NCBI GenBank assembly: GCA_017443065.1
Contig: JAFSPF010000079.1
Span: 11,326-75,325, forward strand
Direction: 5' to 3'
Origin: Lachnospiraceae bacterium
GTDB lineage: Bacteria; Bacillota; Clostridia; Lachnospirales; Lachnospiraceae
Length of the DNA: 64,000 bases
Shown here piece after piece: positions 30,664 through 41,116 of this stretch. Position 1 is the stretch's first letter. Each line of letters starts with the position of its first letter. A model generated the notes under the pieces. It was not told the origin of the DNA and searched no databases. It was given only the letters and a program-made list of their open reading frames with translations. The translations under genes were made by a program, and so were the position numbers.

Positions 30664-32280
30664 TTAAAACATGCGTCTAATCGCCGTCGGCGCCCTGTAG
30701 GAAGCGTTGCCGATGATGATGCCGGTACGTCTGCCGGAGGCGTGCACGATCTGGCCGTTGCCGATGTAGATCGCCACGTGGCCGGGGTAGCAAATGACGT
30801 CACCGGGCAGCGCGTTTGCAATGCCGTCCACCGGTGTGCCCACATTCCCCTGTGCCTCCGGGATGCGCGGCAGGCTGATGCCGAACTGCTTATACACGGA
30901 CTGTGTGAAGCCGGAGCAGTCCGCGCCGTTCGTTAAGGACGTGCCGCCGTGGACATAAGGATTGCCGACGAACTGCATCGCGAAGGCCGCGACCGCTTCC
31001 CCGCTGCTGCCTGTCGTGGCAAGGAAATCACCTGCGGAGCGGTAATTCTGCGGTGTGGCCGCAGGCGTGATCTGCTTGGGCGCGGATGCCGGTGCCTGTC
31101 CCGTGGCAGCCTGCTGTGTCTGCTGCGTCTGTCCGTTAGCGGCAGCCTGTGCCTGACGCTCCGCTGCCTCTCTGGCAAGCCTTGCCTCCGCCGCAGCGCG
31201 CTCGCGCGCCAGGCGTGCTTCTTCTTCCGCTCTGGATTCCGCCGTGCGGTAGGTCGTCTCCAGGGAAACAAATTCCTTGGAAACAAAGGCGGTACGGTTA
31301 TCATACGAAAAGCTGATCCATTCGCCAAGATCCTGAACATCCTTCAGAAGCTCTCCCTCGGTCAGCTGTCCCAGGGCCTCGGCTTCCGTTGTGGCGTCCG
31401 CGCGGACATTTAAGGATCCCGCCGTCACCCTTGCGTTCAGTACGTTACAGGAGGCCTCATGCTCCATGGCGAGCGTTCCGGTCATGCAGAACTCCGCCTT
31501 GATATAGCCGGTGACATCACCGGATTCCATGATGTACCAGTCACCCTCAATGCCGGTCAGACGGGCCTTGGAGCGGTCATACATCTTGCCGACGACATCA
31601 TATTCCGTGCCGGGGCCGGAGCGGACATTCACGTATCCGTCTCCGCGCACAACGATCAGATCGATGTCCGGCATCACTTCTTCCGCAGGCGCAGTCTCCT
31701 GTGCGGCGGCTGTCGCTTCCGCAGGAGCGGTCTCCTCCGCCGTTTCGGCTGCTGCTTCCTCTGCAGGCGCGGCTGTCACTTCCTCCGCCGGTGCTTCGGC
31801 TGCCGCTTCCGTTCCGTCCGCAGTAACAGGCGTTTCCGTCACGGCTTCCGTCCCGGAAACATCCGGTGTCTGTGTTTCTTCAATAACTGTTTCTGCCGCG
31901 GCTTCCGCAGGCGCTTCCGCCTGTGCCGCCGCCAGCTCCGCCTGCAGGACCTCACGCTCCTGAGCGGCAATCTCAATCTCTTCCACCTTTTCCGGCGCAA
32001 CCAGCTTCAGCTCCACCGGCTCCGTGATCACCACCGCCGTGTCCGTAACGGTTGCGGCAGCGCCGGCACTCATCAGATTCTCCGCGCCGGGTTTGCTGAT
32101 CTCCTCCTGGCGGATGGACGCCAGGGACACGTGCTCAAAGGAAAAATAATAACCCGCGCCTGCGGAGGGCAGAACGCTGGACACGTTGACCATCTGCGAT
32201 TTCGCAAGGGCCGCGGCCGGCGTCAGCACAACTGCTGCGGTCAGCAGCAGGACTGCGGATTTGATGTTCGGTTTCTTCAT
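30664..32280 (-). CDS. secreted NlpC/P60 peptidoglycan endopeptidase with SH3-like domains and a charged coiled linker
   Basis: A signal peptide. SH3b-like segments (VNVRSGPGTEYDVVGK, LNVRADATTEAE). C-terminal DCSGF...GHVAIYIG...VHAS catalytic core. Confidence 0.9.
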   Translation of the reverse strand: MKKPNIKSAVLLLTAAVVLTPAAALAKSQMVNVSSVLPSAGAGYYFSFEHVSLASIRQEEISKPGAENLMSAGAAATVTDTAVVITEPVELKLVAPEKVEEIEIAAQEREVLQAELAAAQAEAPAEAAAETVIEETQTPDVSGTEAVTETPVTADGTEAAAEAPAEEVTAAPAEEAAAETAEETAPAEATAAAQETAPAEEVMPDIDLIVVRGDGYVNVRSGPGTEYDVVGKMYDRSKARLTGIEGDWYIMESGDVTGYIKAEFCMTGTLAMEHEASCNVLNARVTAGSLNVRADATTEAEALGQLTEGELLKDVQDLGEWISFSYDNRTAFVSKEFVSLETTYRTAESRAEEEARLARERAAAEARLAREAAERQAQAAANGQTQQTQQAATGQAPASAPKQITPAATPQNYRSAGDFLATTGSSGEAVAAFAMQFVGNPYVHGGTSLTNGADCSGFTQSVYKQFGISLPRIPEAQGNVGTPVDGIANALPGDVICYPGHVAIYIGNGQIVHASGRRTGIIIGNASYRAPTAIRRMF

Positions 32281-32428
32281 AAGGGAATATCTCCTCCCGG
32301 TTACAACTTGTTACAAAATTGTTAAGCCCGGAAACTATGTTACTACGCAAAAACAGGGTTGTCAACCCTGTTTTTTGTAAAAAATCATACGAATATTGTT
32401 GCGGAATTATTCTGACGTTTGTTATGAT

Positions 32429-33364
32429 TTATTGCTTTCCCGTTAAAAAGTCGGTCACGGAGGTGATGGCGCAGGCGCCGTCCGCCGCCGCCGTGATCAC
32501 CTGGCGCAGGCGCTTCGTGCGGATGTCCCCCGCCGCAAAGACGCCGGGCCTGGAGGTCTTCCCCGTCTCATCCGCCCGGACAAAGCCCTTTTCGTCCGTT
32601 TCCACGAGGTCGCTGCAATAATCGCCCCGCGGCGTGATGCCGACCGCCATAAAGCAGGCACTGCTGTCAATGACCCTCTGCTCCCCGGTTTTGACGTTTT
32701 CCACGCGCACGCCCTCCACGGCGTCCTTGCCGAGGACCTCCGTCACGACCGAATCCCAGACCACCTCCGCATTCGGAAGGCCCAGAAGCTCCGTCTGCAG
32801 GATCTTCGTGGCCCTGAGCTCATCCCTGCGGTGAATCAGATATACCTTTTCGCAGCCGCGCGCCAGGAAGATCGCGTCCTCCACGGCCACATCCCCGCCG
32901 CCGACGACCACGGCCGTCTTGCCGCGGAAGAAGGCGCCGTCACAGGTCGCACAGTAGGAAACGCCGGCACCTGCGAGCTCCTTTTCCCCGGGGACGCCCA
33001 AATGCGCATGGGTCGCACCGGAGGCCAGGATCACGGTCTTTGTCTCGAAGCTTTCCTTAGCCGTCTGTACCGTATAGCAGGGGGCGGTCGTCTCATCGCC
33101 CTCCGACTTGCAGGAAATCCCCGTCACATCCGCCGTTTTGAATTCCGCGCCGAGCTTGTCCGCATGCTCCCTCAGCTTCATTGCGAGGTCAAAGCCGCTT
33201 AAGCCCGGCAGCCCCGGATAATTATCCACTTCATAGGTATCCACGATCTGTCCGCCGCTCATCGGGTTCTGCTCGATGACCAGAAGCTTCAGCTGTGCGC
33301 GCATGCCGTAGATGGCGGCCGCAAGACCCGCGGGGCCCGCGCCGATGATGATGGTATCGTACAT
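32429..33364 (-). CDS. trxB: thioredoxin-disulfide reductase
   Basis: GAGPAG FAD fold, CATCDG redox centre and GGGDVAVE NADPH fold. Confidence 0.93.
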   Translation of the reverse strand: MYDTIIIGAGPAGLAAAIYGMRAQLKLLVIEQNPMSGGQIVDTYEVDNYPGLPGLSGFDLAMKLREHADKLGAEFKTADVTGISCKSEGDETTAPCYTVQTAKESFETKTVILASGATHAHLGVPGEKELAGAGVSYCATCDGAFFRGKTAVVVGGGDVAVEDAIFLARGCEKVYLIHRRDELRATKILQTELLGLPNAEVVWDSVVTEVLGKDAVEGVRVENVKTGEQRVIDSSACFMAVGITPRGDYCSDLVETDEKGFVRADETGKTSRPGVFAAGDIRTKRLRQVITAAADGACAITSVTDFLTGKQ

Positions 33365-33381
33365 GATAACCTCCTGTCGTA

Positions 33382-34293
33382 TCAGGCTTTGAAGCTTGCC
33401 TCGGAATCGTTTTTGTATTCCAGCTCCTGTGTGCTCACGCTGACGCGCGTCCCCGGCTTCACGGACGAGGTGATGAAGACGTTGGAGCCGATCACCGCGT
33501 CATGGCCGATCACCGTTTCCCCGCCGAGGATGGAGGCGCCGGAATAAATCGTGACGCGGTCCTCGATCGTCGGGTGGCGCTTGACGCCGCGCAGGCTCTG
33601 CCCGCCGCGCGTGGACAACGCGCCGATCGTCACGCCCTGGTAAATCTTGACATGCTCCCCGATCTCTGCCGTCTCACCGATCACGACGCCGGTGCCGTGG
33701 TCGATCATGAAGTATTTGCCGATCGTCGCGCCGGGATGAATGTCGATGCCCGTCGCGCCGTGCGCGTATTCCGTCATCATGCGCGGGATCACCGGCACGC
33801 CCAGCAGATACAGCTCATGCGCCATACGGTTGATGCAGGTGGCATGGAGTCCGGGATAGGAAAGAATCACCTCCGCCACGTCCCTCGCCGCGGGGTCTCC
33901 TTCGTAAGTGGCCTCCACGTCCGTTGCGAGCAGCGCGCGCACCTGCGGCAGCCGCTCGAAAAAGGAAACGCAGAGCGCCTCCGCCTTTTCCTCCTGCTCC
34001 GCTTCGCTGTTGCCCGCGTTCTTTTCATCAAAGGCGAGCGCGATGCGCACCTGCCTGCGCAGATTGAAGATCACGTCCTCCATCAGCACGGACACGCGGT
34101 TGCGGTCGCTGAAAAACTTATAGACGCCGTCGCGGTAATACCCGGGGAAGACGATGATGAGGAGCTTGCGTATGATGTCAAGCACCTGCTCCCGGTCCGG
34201 CTGCGAAAACAGATCCAGCCGGTCGATGTCCCTGCCCTTTTCGTAATCCGCCATTACCGTCTCCACGAGACGGGCGATCACCTTATCTTCCAT
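33382..34293 (-). CDS. cysE: serine O-acetyltransferase
   Basis: N-terminal SATase helical domain plus hexapeptide repeats (DIHPGATIGKYFMIDHGTGVVIGETAEIG). Confidence 0.88.
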   Translation of the reverse strand: MEDKVIARLVETVMADYEKGRDIDRLDLFSQPDREQVLDIIRKLLIIVFPGYYRDGVYKFFSDRNRVSVLMEDVIFNLRRQVRIALAFDEKNAGNSEAEQEEKAEALCVSFFERLPQVRALLATDVEATYEGDPAARDVAEVILSYPGLHATCINRMAHELYLLGVPVIPRMMTEYAHGATGIDIHPGATIGKYFMIDHGTGVVIGETAEIGEHVKIYQGVTIGALSTRGGQSLRGVKRHPTIEDRVTIYSGASILGGETVIGHDAVIGSNVFITSSVKPGTRVSVSTQELEYKNDSEASFKA

Positions 34294-34375
34294 CTTTTTC
34301 TCCTAATAGAAAGAGCCTGTCGTATATCATACAACAGACCCTTAAAAACCGCAATGATTTGCTATGCTCTGACGA

Positions 34376-34858
34376 TCAGGATGCCTGGGCCTCCGAATCC
34401 GAAGCGCTTTCGGCTTCGCCGGACAGGGCGCTGTCCATAAGCTTCATCAGCTCCAGCGCGGAGCGGAAATGCTCACGCTTATTCTCCTCCGCCCAGATGA
34501 CCTGCCCCTGCCAACTGCTGTTCTGACGGTACTGCACCTGAACGATGAATGTTCCCTGTTTTCCCCTTTTGTCCTGAACGTTGTGTAAGTTCATCTTTTT
34601 TCCCCTTTTGAAATTCGGCGTGCGGTCCTGTTTCTCCGGAAGCTGTTTGAACGATCTGCACTGCGTCGAGCGCTGCGGAAAATTCCATTCGTCAAACAGA
34701 TCTTCCATGCGGAAGAGCAGCTCCATCGCCCCCCTGAACGTGACCGGGCGCGTTGCATATTGATGCCACAACTCGCCGCTGTAATCCCCGTCCTTCATTT
34801 GATCAACACAAACAGTTACAAGGTTTGGTGAAAAAAACCGAATTGCTGCGTCTCCCAT
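34376..34858 (-). CDS. hypothetical protein (conserved-looking, function unknown)
   Basis: Good third-position GC bias and no TM helix. The C-terminal segment FIVQVQYRQNSSWQGQVIWAEENKREHFRSALELMKLM is distinctive, but I cannot assign it to a family. Confidence 0.6.
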   Translation of the reverse strand: MGDAAIRFFSPNLVTVCVDQMKDGDYSGELWHQYATRPVTFRGAMELLFRMEDLFDEWNFPQRSTQCRSFKQLPEKQDRTPNFKRGKKMNLHNVQDKRGKQGTFIVQVQYRQNSSWQGQVIWAEENKREHFRSALELMKLMDSALSGEAESASDSEAQAS

Positions 34859-35035
34859 GATGTCCTCTCCTGTATTATTGTAACACTTTTGTAACGATTG
34901 TCAATTATAACTGTGCATAAATATATGATATTTATACAATATATGCGCGCTTATACCACTTCATATATGTTTACTCCTGATACAGTATATCACATACCCT
35001 ATCATAAAATCGATCATATTTTTGAAATTTTTTTT

Positions 35036-35656
35036 CTACTTTTGGAGGCTCTTTTCGGGATCATGATACACCGGGAAGAAGCTGCTGAGCAGCATCCCCT
35101 TTGCCGGAATCTCCTTCGGCTCCGCGCTCCAGCCGTCCGCCGCCACCAAAAAGAAGCGTTTTTTACCCTTTTCATCGCGCCGGTACCGGTAGCCGTAGGC
35201 GATCGCGTGATGATTGCCGTAGGCGGGATGCCGCACCAGAATCAGGTACAGCAGCGCCCCCTTGTCCAGGGCCCTGCGCAGGAAAAAGGGCCAGGCCGGA
35301 CGGAAGATGCCAAGCTTAAAATCCTCGCGCCCGTACATGCGAAGGGCAGTCTTCAGATAAGCCTTGGTGACGAGGTTTAAGGTTCCGCCGAAAAAGCGGA
35401 AGCGGTCGGAATTAAAATAGTAATGTTTATGCAGTCCGTAGGAAACGATGCGGCGGAAGGCCTGCTCCGGGACGATCTTCTGTCCGGCGCGGGTGGGATT
35501 GCGGTGATCCAGGCTCAAAAGAACGTTGACTATTGCGGTCGGCGCACAATGCTTCACATAGCCGCCGTCCAGCTTCCCGAAGCCTCCGGTCGTCTGATAG
35601 GAGGCGTCCAAAGCCCATAATTCCGCGCTTTTATCCAATGTTGACGTCTCTGTCAT
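35036..35656 (-). CDS. putative papain-fold (C39-like) cysteine peptidase
   Basis: A Gln, then HCAPTAIVNVL, then HHAIAYGY, then ADGW. This spacing matches a Q/C/H/D papain-like catalytic arrangement. Called from motifs only. Confidence 0.5.
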   Translation of the reverse strand: MTETSTLDKSAELWALDASYQTTGGFGKLDGGYVKHCAPTAIVNVLLSLDHRNPTRAGQKIVPEQAFRRIVSYGLHKHYYFNSDRFRFFGGTLNLVTKAYLKTALRMYGREDFKLGIFRPAWPFFLRRALDKGALLYLILVRHPAYGNHHAIAYGYRYRRDEKGKKRFFLVAADGWSAEPKEIPAKGMLLSSFFPVYHDPEKSLQK

Positions 35657-35661
35657 TTCTG

Positions 35662-36861
35662 TTACGGAGTTCCCTGCATGCGCCTTGCGCGCTTTGCGGG
35701 CTTCATGAAATCAAACATGCTCATCTGGCGGAACTCGCCGCGGTCGAGCTTCGTCACGCTGACGCCGATCAGACGGATTTTCACATTGCGGGAGAACATC
35801 CCCTGCTCTCCGAAGAGCAGGCGCTTTAAGAGCAGCGTCGCGATCTCCTCGATCTTTTCCGCGGAATTCGTGGAATCCGGCAGCTGCATCTGCCTGCTGT
35901 GACGCACGAAGCGGTCCGTCTTGATCTGGATGGCGACGGTGGAGGCAAAGACGCCGTCCGCCTTCAGGCGTTCAGACAGCTTTTCCGAGATCGCGTGGAC
36001 GATGCGCGGTACCTCCGGTTCATAATTCTCCGCGGTGACGTCCTTGGGCAGCGTCGTCTCATGGGAATACCCCTTGGTTTCCTCCCTTGCGCCGCTGACG
36101 GAGGAATCATCCATGCCGTTTGCGCTGTGATAAATGTAACGGCCGGCGCGCTCGCCCAGGTGTGCGCGCAGAATGCTTTCGTCCATGTGCGCCGCGTCGC
36201 CGATCGTGCGCACATCCAGCGCATTCAACTTGGCCGCCGTCGCCTCGCCGCAGCCGTAGAGTCTTGCGATCGGCAGCGGCCAGAGCTTTTCGCCGATCTC
36301 CTCCGGATACAGCGTGTGGATGCGGTCCGGCTTTTCGAAATCACTCACCATCTTCGCAAGAAGCTTGTTCGAGGAAATGCCGATATTGACGGTGAAGCCT
36401 AAGGTGTTGCGAATCTCGTTCTTGATGCGCGTCGCGGCATTCATCGGGAAGGGTTCGTCATCTCCCTCCGCCTCGAAGATCGCCTCCGTGCCCGTCATGT
36501 CCATGTAAGCCTCATCGATCGAAGCCTGCTCCACCGTGGGGGAATAGGTCTTTAAAATCTTCATGAGCGATGCGGAGTAACGCCGGTAGGTCTCGAAATC
36601 CGATTTGACGATCACGAGCTCCGGACACTTCGCCAGCGCCTTCACGACCGGCTCTCCCGTTTCCACGCCGTACTTTTTTGCGGGAATGGATTTTGCGGTG
36701 ATGACGCCGCGCCTCTCCTCAATGTCCCCCGCGACCGCGGAGGGAATCGTCCGCAGGTCAACGGAACCCGGCGCTTCCTTCAGCCTTTTCACGGCGGACC
36801 AGGAAAGAAAGGCGGCGTTCACGTCGATGTGAAAAATGGTTTTTCTGCTGCGCGGAATCAT
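35662..36861 (-). CDS. dinB: Y-family DNA polymerase (DinB/Pol IV-like)
   Basis: IFHIDVNAAFLSWS, SIDEAYMD and SSNKLLAK motifs, with a little-finger region. Confidence 0.88.
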   Translation of the reverse strand: MIPRSRKTIFHIDVNAAFLSWSAVKRLKEAPGSVDLRTIPSAVAGDIEERRGVITAKSIPAKKYGVETGEPVVKALAKCPELVIVKSDFETYRRYSASLMKILKTYSPTVEQASIDEAYMDMTGTEAIFEAEGDDEPFPMNAATRIKNEIRNTLGFTVNIGISSNKLLAKMVSDFEKPDRIHTLYPEEIGEKLWPLPIARLYGCGEATAAKLNALDVRTIGDAAHMDESILRAHLGERAGRYIYHSANGMDDSSVSGAREETKGYSHETTLPKDVTAENYEPEVPRIVHAISEKLSERLKADGVFASTVAIQIKTDRFVRHSRQMQLPDSTNSAEKIEEIATLLLKRLLFGEQGMFSRNVKIRLIGVSVTKLDRGEFRQMSMFDFMKPAKRARRMQGTP

Positions 36862-36866
36862 AAGTC

Positions 36867-38126
36867 TTATTTTGCCCTCTGTCTTGTCCTGACGTCAAAG
36901 GCCACCGCGATGACAAAGATGATGCCCTTGATGATGTACTGCCAGGAGATATTGATCTGCATCAGGTTCATGCCGTTGGTCAGCGAGGTGATGATCAGCG
37001 CACCGATGATCGTGTTGGTGACGCGGCCGATACCGCCGGACACCGCGACGCCGCCGATATAAGACGAAGCGATCGCGTCCAGCTCAAAGCCGCTGCCGGT
37101 ATCGGGGGAGGCGGAGCGCAGACGCGAAGAAAACAGCACACCCGCCAGGGCCGCCAGCGTTGACATGGAGATGAAGGCATAGAGCGTCACGCGTTTGACG
37201 TTGATACCGGACAACTCCGCCGCCTGGTCATTGCCGCCGATGCCGTACACGTAACGTCCGAGCTTCGTCTGGTTCAGGACGTAATTGTAAAGGAAGAGCA
37301 CCACGCCGATGATCACCGCCACCCAGGGCAGGCCGTTGTACATGGCGAGCAGGATCATGAAAAACATGATCACCGCCGCAAAGAACACCAGCTTCATGAT
37401 AAACACCGGCATGGAGGGTACCGCAAAGTTATACTTCAGTTTGTTTTTGCGTGACTTAAACTGCGACCAGGCAAAGGCCAGCACCATCAGCACACCGATG
37501 ATCACCGTGAGCAGATGGAGACGGATCGGCAGCTCCACGGGCAGATCCGGAATGTAGTCATTGGATAAGGCGTTGTAGCCCTTGTTCTGGATGACGATGG
37601 TGCCGGTGGCCGCGGTGGTGCGAAGCAGAAGACCGCGGAAAATGAACTGTCCGGCAAGCGTCGTCACGAAGGCCGGCACGCCGATCTTGGTCACCACCGT
37701 GCCCTGGTACAGGCCGATCAGCGCACCCATGGCGAGAACGATGAGGATCGCCACCCATTCGTTGACGGGAGGGATGTTCAGGGGGCCGATGGCAATGCCC
37801 TTTGTCATCAAAAGCGCCGCCACCGCACCGGAAAAGCCCGCCACATAACCGACCGACAGATCAATGTGACGGATGATCAGGATGATCGTCATGCCGATGG
37901 CGAGGATCGCGACATGGCCCGCTTCCTTGAAGAGGTTGGTGATGTTACGTCCGCCGAGGAAGGTGCCGCCGGAGCCGATCGTGAAATAGATCATGATCGC
38001 CGCCAGCACAATATACATCATGTAATCACGGACATTGGATTTTAAGAGCGAAACAACTTCTCCGCCCAAACCGCCGCCTGTCGCGGCCGCCGTCCCTTCC
38101 GCTTCTTTTTTCACTTCATCACTCAT
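36867..38126 (-). CDS. CUT2 monosaccharide ABC transporter permease
   Basis: About ten TM helices. XylH/MglC-like conserved stretch GGIGRVTNTIIGALII. Confidence 0.88.
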   Translation of the reverse strand: MSDEVKKEAEGTAAATGGGLGGEVVSLLKSNVRDYMMYIVLAAIMIYFTIGSGGTFLGGRNITNLFKEAGHVAILAIGMTIILIIRHIDLSVGYVAGFSGAVAALLMTKGIAIGPLNIPPVNEWVAILIVLAMGALIGLYQGTVVTKIGVPAFVTTLAGQFIFRGLLLRTTAATGTIVIQNKGYNALSNDYIPDLPVELPIRLHLLTVIIGVLMVLAFAWSQFKSRKNKLKYNFAVPSMPVFIMKLVFFAAVIMFFMILLAMYNGLPWVAVIIGVVLFLYNYVLNQTKLGRYVYGIGGNDQAAELSGINVKRVTLYAFISMSTLAALAGVLFSSRLRSASPDTGSGFELDAIASSYIGGVAVSGGIGRVTNTIIGALIITSLTNGMNLMQINISWQYIIKGIIFVIAVAFDVRTRQRAK

Positions 38127-39666
38127 TGCCCCTGCCTCCTTTGATTGCCATTGCCATGACCTTTTCCTCTGTCGCCTCTTCCGCAGAGAGTTCGCCGGTG
38201 ATGGTGCCCTCGCTCATGACATACAGTCTGTCGCTCATACCAAGCACCTCCGGCAGCTCCGAGGAGATCATGATGATTGACATGCCTTCCTCCACCAGAC
38301 GGTTCATCAGCGTGTAGATTTCGAATTTTGCGCCGACATCGATGCCGCGCGTCGGCTCGTCCAGAATCAGGACGTTCGGCTCCACAAACATCCACTTGGC
38401 CACCTGCACCTTCTGCTGGTTGCCGCCGGACAGATTGCCCACCTTCTGCTCGATCGAGGGCGCCTTGATGTTGATGGAATCTTTATAGTAATTGGAAACC
38501 TTGATTTCTTCGTTCTTGTTGATCGCAAGGCCCTGCACCAGCGCCTCTAAGTTTGCGATCGTGTTGTTGTATTTGATGTCCTGGATCAGGATCAGGCCGT
38601 TGCCCTTCCGGTCCTCCGAAACATAGGCAAGGCCGCCCTTGATCGCACTCTTCGGGTTTTTGAAATGAACTTTTTTGCCGTCCATGTACAGCTCCCCGGA
38701 GGTGATCCTGTAATGCGGCGTGTTGCCGAAGACGGAAAGCGCCAGCTCCGTGCGGCCCGCACCCATCAGGCCCTGCAAGCCCACGATCTCTCCCTTGCGC
38801 ACGTTCATATTGACATGATGCAGGATCTCGCGGTTGTCCCTTGACGGATCCACCACGGTCCAGTCCTTCAGTTCAAAGGAAGTCTCACCCGGGGCGCGTA
38901 CGCTGCGCTTCGGATAGATGTTGTTCATCTCACGGCCGACCATGTGCTTGATGATCTCCGCCTCCGTGATCTCCTGCGCGTGGCAGTCCATGGAGGTGAT
39001 CGTGGCGCCGTCGCGCAATACGGTGATCGTGTCCGCGATGGCCGTGATCTCACGCAGCTTATGGGAAATCATGATGCAGGTGACGCCGCTCTCCTTGAGC
39101 TCACGGATGAGCTGCAGGAGGTTTTGCGAATCATCCTCATTGAGCGCCGCCGTCGGCTCGTCCAGAATGAGCAGCTTCACGTTTTTGGAAAGCGCCTTCG
39201 CGATCTCCACGAGCTGCTGCGTTCCGACACCGAGCGAGCGGATTTTGACGGAGGGGTCAATGTCCAGCCGGACTTTTTTTAAGACCTCTCCCGCACGGAT
39301 GATGGTTTCGTTCCAGTTGATCTTTTTACCGGACGTGATCTCATGTCCGAAAAAGATGTTTTCATAAACGGATAATTCCGGAATCAGTGCCAGCTCCTGA
39401 TAGATGATCGCGATCTCCTTCTGTTCGGAATCCGCGATGGACTTAAAGTGCTGCACCTCTCCGTTATAGACAATGTCCCCTTCATAGGTACCGAAGGGAT
39501 AAACGCCGGAAAGCACCTTCATCAAAGTGGATTTGCCGGCACCGTTTTCCCCGACGAGACAGTGAATCTCTCCGCGCCTGACCTTGAAATTCACGTTGTC
39601 AAGCGCGCGCACGCCGGGAAACTCCTTGACAATTCCCCTCATTTCAAGAATATAATCTTCCGCCAT
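38119..39666 (-). CDS. CUT2 monosaccharide ABC transporter ATP-binding protein (two fused NBDs)
   Basis: Two Walker A/signature sets: GENGAGKST / LGVGTQQ and GLMGAGRTE / LSGGNQQK. Confidence 0.93.
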   Translation of the reverse strand: MAEDYILEMRGIVKEFPGVRALDNVNFKVRRGEIHCLVGENGAGKSTLMKVLSGVYPFGTYEGDIVYNGEVQHFKSIADSEQKEIAIIYQELALIPELSVYENIFFGHEITSGKKINWNETIIRAGEVLKKVRLDIDPSVKIRSLGVGTQQLVEIAKALSKNVKLLILDEPTAALNEDDSQNLLQLIRELKESGVTCIMISHKLREITAIADTITVLRDGATITSMDCHAQEITEAEIIKHMVGREMNNIYPKRSVRAPGETSFELKDWTVVDPSRDNREILHHVNMNVRKGEIVGLQGLMGAGRTELALSVFGNTPHYRITSGELYMDGKKVHFKNPKSAIKGGLAYVSEDRKGNGLILIQDIKYNNTIANLEALVQGLAINKNEEIKVSNYYKDSINIKAPSIEQKVGNLSGGNQQKVQVAKWMFVEPNVLILDEPTRGIDVGAKFEIYTLMNRLVEEGMSIIMISSELPEVLGMSDRLYVMSEGTITGELSAEEATEEKVMAMAIKGGRGNE

Positions 39667-39792
39667 ATCTTACCCCATGCCTGTTTGTGCGTCCGAAAAG
39701 GACAATCGGGCGGCATTACAACCTTTACGGTTATAAGCCGCCCGACATGTTTCGTTCTCTCTTACCCTGCCCTCAGGCAGGCAACCGGATTC

Positions 39793-41010
39793 TTATTCCA
39801 GTCCGGTGAAATCGGACGCCTCATAGTAGCCGGAATCAATCAGGGCCGCCTTGACGTTCTCCGCGTCAACCGCCACGACATCCGTCTGCTTGGAAGGAAC
39901 ATCGATCGCGCCGTTGTTGTAGGTGGCGCCGGTCTCAGGCGTCTGGCCGTTCAGGATGGCAACCGCCATATCCACGGAATCCTTTGCCAGCGTGCGCGTG
40001 TCCTTGAAGACCGTCATGGACTGCATGCCGTCGATGATGTACTGAACGGAAGCCTTCTCCGCATCCTGTCCGGAAATGACATAGCTGGAAACATCAGCGT
40101 CATCCGCAAACGCGTCCGCGATGGCGCGGGCCGTGCCGTCGTTCGGAGCAAGCACAAGGACATCGCCCTTCTGTGCGCCGCCGGCCGTCAGGTTCGCGTT
40201 CGCCAGTCTGGAAGCGTCGTCAAAGTTCCAGTTCGTCGTGATCTGCTCGATGATGGAGGACATCTCCTCGCGGGTCAGCGTCGCGTTGTTCATCAGCTCA
40301 ACCGCCTTGTCGGAGTTCTGTACCACATAGGTGCCGTCCGCGATCTTGGGCTGCAGCACGTTCCATGCGCCTTCGAAGAAGAGGAACGCGTTGTTGTCAG
40401 ACGCAGCGCCGGCATACAGATACAGCGGGATGCCCGTGCCTTCCGGCGCGTGGTCCACGAGGTACTGTGCCTGTGCCTCACCGACGGAGACAGAGTCAAA
40501 TGTCACATAGTAATCCACCGCATCCGTGTCCGTGATCAGACGGTCATAAGCGATGATGGTCACGCCGTCCGCCTTGGCATCCGCCACCGCGGCACCGGCC
40601 GCAGCGCCGTCATGCGCGCAGATGATGATGACCTGTGCACCCTTCGTGACGAGAGAGTCCACGTTGGCGCGCTCCGTCGCGACATCGCCGCCGGAGAACA
40701 TAACCTCGGATGTGAAGCCCGCATCCCCAAGCAGCTTCTCAAACTGGGCCTGGTCCTGCAGCCATCTCGGCTCATCCATCGTCGGAAGAACGATACCGAC
40801 CTGCACCGTGCCGTCCGCCGCCGGAGCGACTTCCGCCGCCGTGCTGGCTTCCGCTGCCGCAGAGGTCTCCGCCGCTGCCGTAGAGGCTTCCGCTGCTGCC
40901 GTGGAAGCTTCCGCTGCGCCCGAAGATGCGCCGCCGCTCGAAGAGCCGCCGCAGGCCATCAGCGAAAATGCCATGGTGGCTGCCAATACTGTTGCCATGA
41001 TTTTTTTCAT
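39793..41010 (-). CDS. sugar ABC transporter substrate-binding lipoprotein (periplasmic binding protein type I)
   Basis: Lipobox MKKIMATVLAATMAFSLMACGG. An Ala/Ser/Glu linker, then a ChvE/XylF-like domain. GGGAGG RBS before the ATG at 41010. Confidence 0.88.
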   Translation of the reverse strand: MKKIMATVLAATMAFSLMACGGSSSGGASSGAAEASTAAAEASTAAAETSAAAEASTAAEVAPAADGTVQVGIVLPTMDEPRWLQDQAQFEKLLGDAGFTSEVMFSGGDVATERANVDSLVTKGAQVIIICAHDGAAAGAAVADAKADGVTIIAYDRLITDTDAVDYYVTFDSVSVGEAQAQYLVDHAPEGTGIPLYLYAGAASDNNAFLFFEGAWNVLQPKIADGTYVVQNSDKAVELMNNATLTREEMSSIIEQITTNWNFDDASRLANANLTAGGAQKGDVLVLAPNDGTARAIADAFADDADVSSYVISGQDAEKASVQYIIDGMQSMTVFKDTRTLAKDSVDMAVAILNGQTPETGATYNNGAIDVPSKQTDVVAVDAENVKAALIDSGYYEASDFTGLE

Positions 41011-41060
41011 ACTACACCTCCCTTTTAATTTGTAGAAAAACAAAAGTTTTCCGTGAAAGT

Positions 41061-41101
41061 ATAACAAAACAGGTATGCTCCCGTCAAGTGAAAGCATACC
41101 C
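41061..41101 (-). terminator. rho-independent terminator after orf121 (end of the rplJL-orf121 unit)
   Basis: An 8-9-bp stem GGTATGCT/AGCATACC, followed on the minus strand by TGTTTTGTT. Confidence 0.7.
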
Positions 41102-41116
41102 GTTCCGTTTCTCTTC

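Noticed and set aside
34294-34375. Possible T-box or riboswitch leader upstream of cysE
   Set aside because: Only about 80 nt separate cysE from the upstream gene's stop. That is too short for a T-box, and I saw no specifier/terminator architecture.
39448-41028. 526-aa plus-strand ORF
   Set aside because: It is antisense to the sugar ABC ATPase and SBP genes and spans their intergenic gap. Its Arg-rich sequence is junk. The minus-strand genes have Walker motifs and a lipobox.
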